The notes under the pieces: generated by a model
The model's input: only the letters and a program-made list of their open reading frames with translations
Database searches by the model: none
Told to the model about the DNA's origin: nothing
Made by a program: the position numbers and the translations under genes
NCBI GenBank assembly: GCA_002269645.1
Contig: NIVC01002033.1
Coordinates: forward strand, 1 to 64,000
Source: Macrostomum lignano
Lineage: Eukaryota
Reading direction: 5' to 3'
Length of the DNA stretch: 64,000 nt
Part shown: positions 9,953-22,250 of the stretch, one piece after another
Layout of the letters: each line of letters begins with the position of its first letter
How positions within the stretch are numbered: the first letter of the stretch is position 1

Positions 9953-11388
9953 TCAGGACTCAGCAGAGGCTGAAGGAGCTCCCGACGCGGTGCTCAAAGT
10001 GCTGCTTTGGCCGACACCCTTAACGCTGTTGTTTCCGCAGCCATCGCCCTGAGCTACTTCGCCTCCGCCGCCGCCGCCGCTACTGCTGGAGAACATCTGG
10101 AGAACTCCGCAGGTTGTCGATGGGGAAGATTCTCGATCAGCTTTGTCTTTCTCTTTGCCCTGCTTGCTTTTATTGCTGCCAGCAGTGTTGCTTTTTCTAC
10201 CGCTGCTAGATGAGCCGTCCAGTTGTTGGCTGAGTCGCAGCATCAGCTTCAAGCGTCGCTGCTTGCTCTCCGACGACTGTTGATTGTTCAGCGAATCTTC
10301 CTGGCTAGCTGACTGCTGGGCCAACGGAGTCGGCGGATGTGGCAGCGGCGAAGGCGTCTGCAGCGACCCGTTTTGCGCGGACCTGGTGACCGGAGTCCAC
10401 GACGGCCGACGAACCTGACTGCCGGCTAAAGCCTCGGCCAGCTTCGACGGGTGCAACCTCGTCTTTTGATGGTAGCGACGTCGGCAGTTTCCATGCCCAG
10501 AACTTTGACATGCATAATGTCGCTTACGGAACGATGCCGAGACCTTTTATCAAGCAAAGATGAAGTTGTGAAGCTGACGTTTATCATGTACTGTACTGGT
10601 ACATAAACTTGTACGAGCAAATATAGTGTCCACAGTAGGGGCGAAGCCAACATGAGTAGGGGTGGGGTGCGACCGCATCGCCGATAAAAGTACACGTATG
10701 TCGCCAGATCATAGATGGAGATAACTTGATAAAGCGAAATCAATTATGATATGATAGTACAATAACTTACTTTAGCCACTCCAGCACGTTGCGCTACAAA
10801 CATCTTCGCTGACTTTTCGCCGCAGTTCGCAAATCGCAAGCGGCCCGGCTGCCTCACCAACAATGACGCTTTCCTCGATCTGCCGCTCAGTTGGTCGTCG
10901 CCGTGCTCGTCCGCAGCTGTCGCAGCAAAGCTGGCAGCTTCGGCCAGCTCCAGAATGGCCGGCAAGTTCCACTGGCTTGGCTGAACCCTGCTGGTGAACT
11001 GACGACGCAGCCGATGGCACAGCTGCTCGTTGTAACGCTTGAGCTGCTTCTCGGACGTCGCCTTGCTACCAACTTCGCCAAGACCGCAAAGCTCTTCAAT
11101 GGCTCGCGCGGCAGCAGCCGGATCGAGGCCCGCGCACTTTTTAGACGCCTCCTCACGAAGCGTCGAATTCGTATTGTTCCAAACTGTAGTATTTCGACGA
11201 CGCTTCTCGACGTCCTCGATGTTGCTGACGCTGTCGGCTTTGGCATCGACGAGGGAGAATGCGTAGAAGGCCAGGCCGCCAGCGATACAGGCGAGTAGAG
11301 CTGCGCCGCTTGTAGCCAGCAGGATTGCCAGGCCAGGAGAGTCGTAAAGCACGGATGAGTCGACAAGCGGTTCGAGTATGGGCGCCAT
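9953..11388 (-). pseudogene. Membrane-protein coding segment, possibly a highly degenerate two-pore K+ channel (K2P/TWK)-like sequence
   Basis: ORFs 10744-11388 and 10426-10743 share a frame, separated by one TAA. They give a TM1, a cap-like segment, QWNL, ANCGEKSAKMF and further hydrophobic segments ending LWTLYLL..MINV. A Ser/Gly-rich tail follows in another frame. No GYG/GFG filter motif. Confidence 0.35.
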
Positions 11389-13038
11389 TATCTTATTGGT
11401 GCGCGCGGATTGCGCTGTTCGATGATTTTTTCACGTACGCCAACTCTATAAAATGCTTGGATGATTGCATTTATCGCCATAGACGCTTTCCATTCGAGCA
11501 TTGAAAGATTTAAATAATTAGATTTTTCACACACGGACTTTAGACGGTTAAGGAATAGACAAAAAAGCATATTGCAGAGATGAGAAAATTATGAGCTTAT
11601 TATGTCTGTAGGGTTTCGCTCGCAAAAATTAGACATTAGCAATAAAGAATAAATACGACAATAAGTTTTTTAAGCAGCTTAAAATGATTGCATTAATCCC
11701 AAAAGTACTTATTTACTCTTAAGCTGTTTATGATTGTGAAAACGGTTTTGATAGGCGTAGCAATTGTATAACGACATCTGTTTTGGAGCGAATTTGAATT
11801 CGATTTAATTCACCTAAATAACATCAAGGGTGCATGGAGGCTGTGCAGATTTCAAAATGTTGAAATGACGCTGCATCGACGTCATAGTCACAGAAATAAT
11901 TAATAAAGGAGCTCAACTTTGCGGCATCCCTTTGAGTTTTTTATTTGTTAGATATTGACTTTGTTCTGCTGGTGCGTTCTGCTGGTGGCTTAGTAGAATC
12001 ACTGAAAATAACTTTTTAAATAATTATTTTTAAGTGCCATTAAAACGTACTCAGTAATGTACGCAGTAAAGCGAAACAAGTTATATGATATTAATGCAAA
12101 TTAAAATGGCACTTTATAGTTCGATAAGTGAGAAATAATAACAAAAATTATGATTTTTAGTAACTTATTTTCGGCTAGTACTAATCGTATGGGGTGAAGA
12201 AGCATTTTAAGCATGCCAAATACCGGTTTAAATCATAGTTGATATATACTGAAGTAGTCGCGTCTACATGGACATTGAAGCGCAGAAATTCAAAATTTTC
12301 GTTGGCTTTCAATTTTATCGAACCTGTCTGTGCACAACAACATGTGCTTCAATACGGGTTTCCACTCAAACTTGTGCATGAAAGTCCAATCTGCAGCCAG
12401 AGAGTGCGGATGTGCTGAGAGCAGCTGTGCACTTCTCCTGACAAGCCGACCGACACCGAGCCCAGAACCCAGACGATGTCATCCTCGGGCAACAACGGTG
12501 GGGCCAGAAGCTTCAACGGCCATGACCTACCTCTCTCTTGGTTCGAAGCACTGCGGCTGATGAACGGCTGAAGACCAAATGTCTTCAACTTGCTGACGGC
12601 GGCAGCCTCGCGAACTTCGGCATACCCTGTCGGCCAGAGAGTACGTGTCAAGCTCGACGTAACCCTATTATGGGGAATTGCTGGGATGTCAAGGCTTATG
12701 GGGAATTTCTAAGATGTCAAGGCTTGTGGGATTGTTGAGATGTCAAGGCTTACTGGGAGCATTGCTAAGATGTTATTGTCAAGGCTTACAGCTGGTGGAA
12801 TCGCTGAGATGCCGAGGCTTACTGGAAGCATCGCATGGGTCTATTCTTTAATATATTAGCAATATTTTCATTTTCCTTTTTGCACTCCCCGAACAGGCTG
12901 GATTGCTAGTATTTTCTAACTTCAACTTTGCGCCTGTGCTACGAGTAGTACGCGCTTGGTCAGCCAATTCTGTGCAAGTATTCACTCGCAATGCGCCTGG
13001 TCAGCCAATTATTCTCCATCAGCATGTCAAGAGTCGAT

Positions 13039-13554
13039 CAAGGACTACTTAAGAACACAAGGGTTTAGTAAGAAAGGAATCTGAAACTGAGAGACATCAA
13101 AGCGGTGTTGGTGCAAGACGGTTACGAAAATTAAACTCCGATTAACTTTGTGACGAATTTATTACTATTTTCACTGTCATCTTTGCTACCATCGTGTTGC
13201 TTCTACATTTTAAACAAGTCCATGAATCGGGAAATGAGCGAATAAGTATTATTATTGTTGATTAAGTGTAGTTCCTATCATTCAATATTGTCATTATTGT
13301 TATTTTTGGGTATTTCTTCGTTTTTTGTTAAACTTCTACACCCTGTTCACGATCACCTTTTGGAGAAAATATAAATATTTTGTCGGTATACATGCATATA
13401 AAAAGCTTTATTCACTAGGCTTTAATTTCTATTCATGTATTATACACATTGTTTCAAATGGCAAAAAGGCCACTAAAACCATAGACACATGCATTCAAAG
13501 CGAATTCTGCCAATATTTGCAAGTGTAACGTCCTGTGTTCTTAAGTAGTCCTTG
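13039..13554. mobile_element. hAT-type MITE, 516 bp
   Basis: Perfect 21-bp TIR CAAGGACTACTTAAGAACACA / TGTGTTCTTAAGTAGTCCTTG, flanked by an 8-bp direct repeat GAGTCGAT (13031-13038 and 13555-13562). Confidence 0.9.
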
Positions 13555-14411
13555 GAGTCGATTAGGATCATATATTATCCTGATAAAGGGTTAGTCCAAA
13601 AACACTCAACTAGGCCAGTTACTAAGGAGATCCGCTCTGGCCTCGCCGACACCTGAATGAGAAACCTCTTTGTAGGCTCGTACCAACTGCGAGGCCTAGC
13701 CTATAAGCGTAAAAGACTTGGTTGACCCAGTCTGAGACTGTGATAAACTAACTGCAGAGCTTCTTTTCGATCTTGCGTCTGTTGCTTCCTGAAGCAGACT
13801 CTGCTTAAATAGTCAGCTCTTTTACAAATTCATGTTGATGTAGAATGCTAGCAGGTGCACACAACATCTTGTGACGAAGATCCAGGCGCGTTCATACCAA
13901 TAGCAATGAAAGCGCAGATTTCATTGGCCTAACCAGCTCATTTCTGCCGATACCATCAAGGAAACTAGATGGACGCAAGACTGGGTTGTTGGTCGTTGCT
14001 GTCTCCTCTCTCCTTGGTGCACACAAGCAGCTCTTTGAAGGACTCAAAGCGGGTCGCAGAAATACTTGAGTCGGCCTTCCTCAGATGATTGTGCTGTGCA
14101 CACGGCTTCCAGGTATCCCTGCCTGCCCGCAGCACTGCTAGCCGCACTCCAACAGTTTCGCAGCCCCGCGCCACCAGCATGCGGAACGGCGACCCGCCTT
14201 CGCCCCATTTCTCAAATTTCATAATTCATACTCAGCGCTGGGCATCAGAGGGGATGAAGGGCTGTATTCTGATCCTGACGGCTTGGACAACTGGTTGCTA
14301 GGGGCGATGAAGCTCAACAACGGGAGCAGGATAAATTTTAATGCATGCAGGATTTCTTCCGTCTGCCCCACTCCCGAAACATCGCATCCGCAATATCACA
14401 CTGCAGCCAGC

Positions 14412-15437
14412 ATGGCAACCAGCTTCATTGCTACTTCAGCCTCCGTTCTGCTCGCAGCGGCCTGCCTGGCCCAGCTGGTCCACTGCGAGAGCCTGCCGGG
14501 CTTCTGGCACCGCCTGAGCAGCCCGCAGTGCCTGCCTGAGAATCTGACAGTGCGGGCTGCTCAGAACCTGAGAGGAACCATCGAGTGCCTATACGAGGCT
14601 GGCTCGAGCGGCCTGCAGGTGGCCCAGTTCGACTCGGACACTCGCCAGTGCTCGCTCTTCCAATACACCGCAGTGTGTCACCTCATCGATGGATTCGCTG
14701 CTGCAGGGATCTCGCAGCCCCGCCGCTGTGCCGCATTCGCCAATGCCAGAGCCGCCAAGTTCCTCACCTTGAGCAGGAAGCGCATGCTGAGTGTGGGCTC
14801 GAAGCTGAGGGCGGCCTAGGTGATGAGCGACGATGCGGACGCCAGCAGGAGCAACTTGGTGTGCGGCCAGACGCAACAGTGGATGTCGGAGAGTGTGGAG
14901 TGGAGCAGCGAGGGAGCCAAATTCGACGGAGTGTCGTCCAAGATGCGGCTGGAGAACGCGGAGCTCGCAAACTATCAACAGGCATTCACGTGGCTGGTCA
15001 GGTTTAAGCGGTAGATCAAGGAAGCACCAATTCTGGAGAGCTACGACTGCACCACTAGGAACTATGGAGCCGCCTTCTGGGACGGCTTGCCAACTATAAA
15101 AGGGCTGTTTGCCGTCAGGATCGCTTCGAGCTATTCTTCCTACAAAACCGCACAGGAAACGAACTCGTTTGACCCGAATTCGTTCGTGGAAGTCGGCCTG
15201 ACGTCGGCGTCTCTCTCCAGCCGAAATTTTTTCTCCTACGGAGGCTTCGTGCCGCCAGCGCAGGTGACTCAAATAGGCTCATTATCTGCATTTTGCATTC
15301 CCAACTGCACCTGCCTGAGACTGGGATTTCAACATGGCAACTCGAAAATGCTGAACGGCACGGTGAAGGCGGTGGCCATCATAAGCGACACAATGACCGA
15401 GGCTGAAATCCGCAGCTTCTTCGATCTGGTGCGCTGA
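14412..15437 (+). pseudogene. Secreted PAN/apple-like plus LamG/ConA-like protein frame interrupted by two in-frame TAG codons
   Basis: ORFs 14283-14819, 14820-15014 and 15087-15437 are one frame. It has a signal peptide (MATSFIATSASVLLAAACLAQLVHC), a Cys pattern with FDSDTRQCSL, and LamG-like LRAA*VMSD, FTWLVRFK, LRLG..LNGTVKAVAII. TAGs lie at 14817 and 15012. Confidence 0.6.
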
Positions 15438-15489
15438 ACTGCTGGTGAAAACAGGACTAGACTCGAAACTAAGAAGGGTATGAATAAAT

Positions 15490-16380
15490 CCCAGTTGATT
15501 TAATCCGAGTTGCTTTAATCCCAGTTGCTTTAATCCCAGTTGCTTTAATCCCAGTTGCTTTAATCCCAGTTGCTTTAATCCCAGTTGCTTTAATCCCAGT
15601 TGCTTTAATCCCAGTTGCTTTAATTCCAGTTGCTTTAATCCCAGTTGATTTAATCCCAGTTGCTTTAATCCCAGTTGCTTTAATCCCAGTTGCTTTAATC
15701 CCAGTTGCTTTAATCCCAGTTGCTTTAATCCCAGTTGCTTTAATCCCAGTTGCTTTAATCCCAGTTGCTTTAATCCCAGTTGCTTTAATCCCAATTGCTT
15801 TAATCCCAGTTGCTTTAATCCCAATTGCTTTAATCCCAGTTGCTTTAATCCCAGTTGCTTTAATCCCAGTTGCTTTAATCCCAGTTGCTTTAATCCCAGT
15901 TGCTTTAATCCCAGTTGCTTTAATCCCAGTTGCTTTAATCCCAGTTGCTTTAATCCCAGTTGCTTTAATCCCAGTTGCTTTAATCCCAGTTGCTTTAATC
16001 CCAGTTGCTTTAATCCCAGTTGCTTTAATCCGAGTTGCTTTAATCCGAGTTGCTTTAATCCCAGTTGCTTTAATCCCAGTTGCTTTAATCCCAGTTGCTT
16101 TAATCCCAGTTGCTTTAATCCCAGTTGCTTTAATCCCAGTTGCTTTAATCCCAGTTGCTTTAATCCCAGTTGCTTTAATCCCAGTTGCTTTAATCCCAGT
16201 TGCTTTAATCCCAGTTGCTTTAATCCCAGTTGCTTTAATCCCAGTTGCTTTAATCCCAGTTGCTTCAATCCCAGTTGCTTTAATCCGAGTTGCTTTAATC
16301 CCAGTTGCTTTAATCCCAGTTGCTTTAATTCTAGTTGCTTTAATCCCAGTTGCTTTAATCCCAGTTGCTTCAATCCCAGT
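15490..16380. repeat. Minisatellite, 15-bp unit (ttaatcccagttgct)
   Basis: About 59 near-identical copies; source of the spurious (KQLGL)n ORF. Confidence 0.97.
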
Positions 16381-17975
16381 TAGTCAGTCAGCCAGTCAAT
16401 CATGAGTCAATATTCTTAGTTACTGAGTAGGCTCGTACGTTTCAATGTCAGTTAAAAATGATTTAAAGTTATTTTAAGTCATTTACGGACATTTAAAGCT
16501 ACTCGAACGCACCCTAAAAATCAGTTAGATGTAAATAACAGACGTGTTACATTTATCTCATAAATCAACAAAGAAAATTAATGATATTTTATCGTAAATT
16601 TAAAATGCACTGACAGACTTAGGTGGCACGTTACAGACTTGTCCATACAGAATATCCTGCATATAATTTGTATGTAAAGTACATACAGTACTGATATAAA
16701 ATTACGTAACCAAGTGAAAAGTACGAATAACTTAATTTTTAAAGGCTTCTAGCGCATACTTTAACTATACATACTATTGAATACATACGACACTTTTGGT
16801 AAGAAAATGACCGTATAATATTGCTATAACAAGAGACAAACAGAAAACTACATGTCACATGTATAGTTTTAAAATAACTCTAAAATATTTTAAATCTTAC
16901 GCAGGGCTAAAAAATTGTTCACAAAAAGTTCTTTCTTAATATACGAATACATTTTAAGAAGACATCCAAAAGACAGTGGCCTCTGTAAGAAAATCAAAGA
17001 AAACAGAAATTATTAATGCAAAAATTAGGCATAAATTTTGACACGCGAAAATCAATTATGAATGTTCGGTAAGGTAAGAAATAAGCAAACAGTATGAAAT
17101 TACAATATGAGGCGTGTATTAGATCAGTTGTTGTGCGATTTTCATATGCATATAATGGTAAGAAAAGTCTTTGTTGCCGTTAATGAGGATTTTTAGACGC
17201 AATAAATCGAAAGAATTCGAATTAATTAAAAGTAATGAAATCTACAAGATCGTGGACATGACTAAGGTTTCATTTACAACTTACTCCTATTGGTTAACTT
17301 TACGTACTGCCCTACTATCGCGAGTAGGGAGGGAAGGCTCGCTACCTAGCCAATCAGCGAGCGAGAAGGAACGAGGGGAAAAAGAGAACGGACTGCATAT
17401 CAATTAGCTGGAGAAATGTACGCAGTCAGGGGAGGGGCGGGTGGTCATGGGAATGAGGGACTTTATCGATCCGACACACGCACACACGCAACCGGGAAGG
17501 AGAGACGTTTGATGTTATTGTTGGCCGATGGGTTATGACGGGTGGCTAATTTTAATTTTTTTGCAATCAATAATATTTTATAGTCAGTTATTAACTAAAC
17601 GAAACTCGGCAAAAGATAAACCTGCCCTTAATTTAAATCGCGAAGTTCAGCTATGTCAGTTGACGAGTTCTTGAACTTCAGGATGGCGCCCAGTCAAATA
17701 GAATAGAATTTATATCGTGGCTATACGTCCCTCATGTCACGACAGGTGGCAATTTGGCAGTTCCGGTTCGTTTGTGCATTAATAATCACCGACATTGCCT
17801 AACTTCTTTTTCAAGTATGAAATTAATAGCTGTTGCTAACTAATGTAGCTCAGCAGGATTTTATTTAGGTACACACTGTACTTTAATCATTCATCGTTTT
17901 TCCCACTCGTCTAAGCATCCAGCAATTGAGCGTCGGCAGTTCGTCGTTTCCTATTAGTCCTGGCCGCAATGTGAG

Positions 17976-18224
17976 CGGTGGCGGCGCAGGGGGGGGGGGC
18001 AGAGAGTGGCCGAGGCTGCTGCCCCCAGTTGACCACCCTCCCATCCATCCATGGGGGTGACCCACCATAATTTTTTTAGTACGAGCTCGTAATATGCGTT
18101 TTTGTGAGATTTTAGCGTAATGCGCTGGCACTGCTCTAATTCTATAAAAATTCGGTAGGAGAAGGGGTTGACCACCCATACCACTGCCCCCCCCCCCCTA
18201 ATAGGAGGTGCTGCGCTGCCACTG
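17976..18224. mobile_element. hAT-type MITE, 249 bp, inserted in the last coding exon of the zinc-finger gene
   Basis: TIR cggtggcggcgcag / ctgcgctgccactg with subterminal G/C runs, and an 8-bp TSD AATGTGAG at 17968-17975 and 18225-18232. Confidence 0.88.
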
Positions 18225-19431
18225 AATGTGAGTCCGATTGAGGTGCCTAGTCATGCTGCCAGACTGGGAGAACTTCTTGCCGCACAGGTTGCATTTGAAC
18301 GGTTTAGAGCCGGCGTGGACTCGCATATGAGTCGCTAAGTTGGATTGGCGAGAGAAGCCTCGACCGCAGACGCTGCACTTGTGCGGCTTGTCCCCCGTGT
18401 GGCCAAGTGCGTGCACCTTCAGTGCCCAACGTCTTGAGAAAGTGCGGCCGCAGTATTCGCAACTGAAGTGATGTAAATATCATAGGGTATTCTAACTTAG
18501 AGAGCAACGTATGCACTGTGACCGGATATCGACCGACCGTTTTTGGCGCACATGCATACTATACACAGCAACATTGAAAACCGCCACCCCAGACGCCTGC
18601 CTTTACCCTGCCCTACCCACCTCCGCCTGTTCTACCCCACCTCCGCCTGTTCTACCCCACCTCCGCCTGCCCTACCCCACCTCCGCCTGCCCTACCCCAC
18701 CTCCGCCTGCCCTACTCCACCTCCGCCTGCCCTACCCAACCTCCGTCTGCCCTACCCCACCTCCGCCTGCCCTACCCCACCTCCGCCTGTCCTACATCAC
18801 CTCCGCCTGCCCCAACCCAACCTCCCCCTGCCCCACTCCACCTCCGCTTGCCGCACCCGCACTTCCGGTTCGCCCCAACCGCAGCCCCCCTTTTTTAATA
18901 AATAAAGTTTGTTTTTAAGTAATTTGATATAGCTTTTGGGCACTTTTTCGAGATGGCCATAATTTGTCAGCTTTTTTATCCACTTAAAATCCATTCCAAT
19001 ATTTTGACTGATAAAATTACCACCAGGTTTATGGTTCCTGTAGGTCCTTACCGATGCTCCCGCAGATGCTCCGCACGATGCTTTCGCTTGCCTGGAGTTT
19101 TACTAGGAGGCCGGCCTGGCGGCCTGTGGCCAGTCGGTTTTATAAGGCCACCAGTGAGTTTTGGGGCGGCTGTAGGCGCTGGCATCTGTTTTAATAATGC
19201 TGCTTTTTGTTTCGGTTGCTGTTGCTGCTGTTGCTGCTCAATCTCAGGCGAGTAGATAATAAAATTGCGCAAGTCAACCTGCTCAGGCCGACCATCTTCT
19301 TCTAAGCTGGCACTGTTCTCTTCCTCTTCATCGCTGCTATCCTCGCTGTCGGTCATAAACAAAGCGGCGCATGAAACTGCAGGCCAACTATTGATTGATG
19401 ATGACACAGGACACGACTGCAGTTGGGCCAT
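18198..19431 (-). CDS. AT-hook plus three C2H2 zinc-finger protein. Exons 19431 (or 19356)-19052 and 18462-18198
   Basis: A phase-2 splice (CG|gtaagg ... cttcag|T) gives HR-CEYCGRTFSRRWALKVHALGH-TGDKP-HKCSVCGRGFSRQSNLATHMRVH-AGSKP-FKCNLCGKKFSQSGSMTRHLNRTH. Upstream are an acidic tract, polyQ and RPPGRPP. Confidence 0.85.
18590..18860. repeat. Intronic minisatellite, 20-bp unit (cctaccccacctccgcctgc), G-rich on the sense strand
   Basis: Tandem copies within the zinc-finger gene intron. Confidence 0.9.
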
Positions 19432-19764
19432 TGTGCGGAGCCTAGCTGAAATTCGTAATGTCATTTGTTCACTGTTCGTCGTTATTACCTTCGAGAATTT
19501 TACAAAAAGTACATATACAAGTTTATGGCTCGTGTCAGACAAGAATAAGCAATAAAAAACCGCGCCTGTAATTGAACTTGAAGTGCCGCGGTCAATTAAC
19601 CATCGTCTTATCTTATCTCATCTGCACCCTTTGGAGCGTAAGATGAAGACATGCATATTATAAGCACATTCCAAATGAGCTCACGCTAGCAATCACACCT
19701 AGCCTCATCGCCTCGACTTGAACCCCCCAGCCAACCCTAATTTACTGTGTTGTCCATTTCCTCT

Positions 19765-19845
19765 CTGATTGGCTAGTTCATTACCCTTCCTGCATCGCTG
19801 ATTGGTTGGCTCTACGGCTCTATAGTTTAATAATCGGCCCAATCA
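19765..19845. promoter_or_regulatory. Cluster of CCAAT boxes upstream of the zinc-finger gene
   Basis: ctgattggct at about 19766, ctgattggtt at about 19798 and gcccaatca at about 19837, roughly 350-400 bp upstream of the ATG. Confidence 0.45.
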
Positions 19846-21499
19846 TCAAGAGGACCCCAAACCCCATTTCTAACCAAAGCATTCCGTAGCTTTTATTTAG
19901 CTTATTTTTTACACAACTAGCTCTATTGTAGTAGAAGAAAATGTTTAATTTTCAGCGCAAGTGATTTTAATTAGAGCTAAAATGACAACTATTCTGCTGC
20001 TCTGCTCTAGTTAGCAATCAATAAAAATGATAGTTGCGAAGAAAATCATTTTGGAATTTGTAAACCAAAAAAGTATCGTGTGTAAGTTTCGTCAAAAAAA
20101 GTTTCGTATTTTTTTACTTTTGCTGAACCTGAACGCTTCCATGTTGGATGCATGTTGGATATAATTAGAAGCAGCGCAATAGCTACAATTTTTGGATTAA
20201 GGCAAAGAAGCTAAATGACCCATATGCTCAATAATACTGAAAAGTCGCCATATAGCAAAATGGAGAGTGAATTCAGTTTCACTTTTCCATTGATTGACTT
20301 TTTCTTATAGCTTAGTAAAGCGCTTTATTTTTGGATCAAGGAGGTGAACTAACAAAATAAAAGCAATAGTTCATCGGACATTCCTACTGTTTTCCATTAT
20401 TCTGGTCTCCAAATATCTGGAAAATACTGAATCAAAATAAATAGTCTAAATCAGTAAGTCAGGATTAAGCATCAGCCTTTTCAGCATTAATGAAAAGGAA
20501 CTTAAATTTCCCATCACATCCGCCTATGCTAAATATCATATATTAAAACAAAAAAACATATTCCGATTTCATGGCTCTATAAAATCTAACTAAGTATTAG
20601 TATTAATAAGTAATAACCATAGGCCCTGCCCTACGAATAAAAAATGATCGACTTCGAATGAGCTAGACTACACACATCACATGTATGCTCATTGCTCCAA
20701 TAATCATCAAACTAAAGTATCAAAGCAATTAAGGCCAGGATTTAAGGGCATCAGTTAAAAGTTTATCGCTTAGGAGACCATAAATAAAACTCTGGGTGAC
20801 ATGCGAAAGAATACATTGTCGAATGAATAGTTTGATTAGAATTTTTGAATGCTGGTAAGCCAGAAAAGTAAGGAAAGGGTTTTAAACTTAAAAATTACTG
20901 TTGATATGAAAAATAAGTTGTGAAAAACAGTAAAACAAAAACTATCGACGCTTTACTGGCTTCAAAAGTAAAAAAAATGTTTTGCAATTTTTTGTATTTT
21001 ATTTAGTGTATAGTGTTTAACCAATTCTATTCAGTTTTCTAAACAAAGCCAGGTTTAAAAGCCGGACAAACTAACTCAAAACAAGAAAAAATACAACGCG
21101 TCTTCGAAGACGTTAACCACAACAGTTTCACAATTTGACTCGCACGTGCTTTATAGTCTTCTTAAGACATGTTAAGTCTGACTAACTAAAACATAGCATG
21201 GCCTAGGCCTATTTAACTCCTAAGGCCTAGAAAGAATTCCTTAATTTTATCAATGCATCATTCAGACTCAGACCTAGGCCTACTATTGTCATATGTCATT
21301 GACAATTGTCATTGAACACAATTACAGGTAGGCCTAGCTAGGCCTACTACTACTACAACAATGTATCATGTCCATCTATCATGTCCAACTAGGTCTATGC
21401 GGGATGCCAAACTATACTAATTGTTACATTTATAATTACTTTTAACTACCCTTTTTGTAGTTGGCACAGCCACAGTTATGAAGCAATTAAGGCATTCTT

Positions 21500-22250
21500 T
21501 AATTTTACAATCCCCTTAAATTTGTCCTATAGTCTAGAACATGGCACTTTCATTATATGAGCCCTTATGTAAAACTAAAAGATAGGAGTCTTGTTTGCAT
21601 ATCAGTAGAGTATATTTGAAACATAATTACCCTAATTAATCGTAAGCCACTATTCTTGGCAAGAGTAGGGACATTATCTATATTCACTTTTGTTATACAG
21701 TCATTCAAATAGAGGAAATGTATAATAGAAAGGGATCGGATAGGGCCTAACAAAACTTGGGCTTTTCATCAATTTTGCAATATGATGCTACAAGTTTAAA
21801 ATTTGTTTGCAAGGGATCATGCACCTTGTCTAACCTCTTGTCTAGGCTACCTAATGGAGATTCCACAAAATAAGTCATGATTTTTTTGGCGTCCCTCCAT
21901 TTTCTTTTTTTAAACCCCCTCACTTTCATTATATAATCTCCAACAGCATGAAACAATGTTGTCTGTACTGTAAGGGGATTGTAAAATGAAAGTGAGGGGG
22001 TCAGGCATGGAATTATTAGATATTATATAAACTATCTTTACTTTATCTATAAGTGCAATACCTTGATTTCATTTTTGATATATAATCCCCTGCAAACAAA
22101 TTTTCAACTTGGGTGATTGTATTACAAAATTGATGAAAATGAAAAGCCAAAGTTTTGTTATCCAATCCCTTTGTATACATTTCTTCCACTTAAATGACAG
22201 TATAAGGAAAGTGAATATAGAGACATCCCTCTCTTTCCAAGAATCTTGTT
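21500..22250. repeat. Diverged inverted duplication (foldback) centred near 21955
   Basis: 21653-21830 aligns by eye to the reverse complement of 22075-22245 (about three-quarters identical). Inner arms are ccccctcactttcatt and aatgaaagtgagggg. Confidence 0.75.

Noticed and set aside
15282-16373. 363-aa (KQLGL)n ORF
   Set aside because: A 15-bp tandem repeat that happens to lack stops; no gene context.
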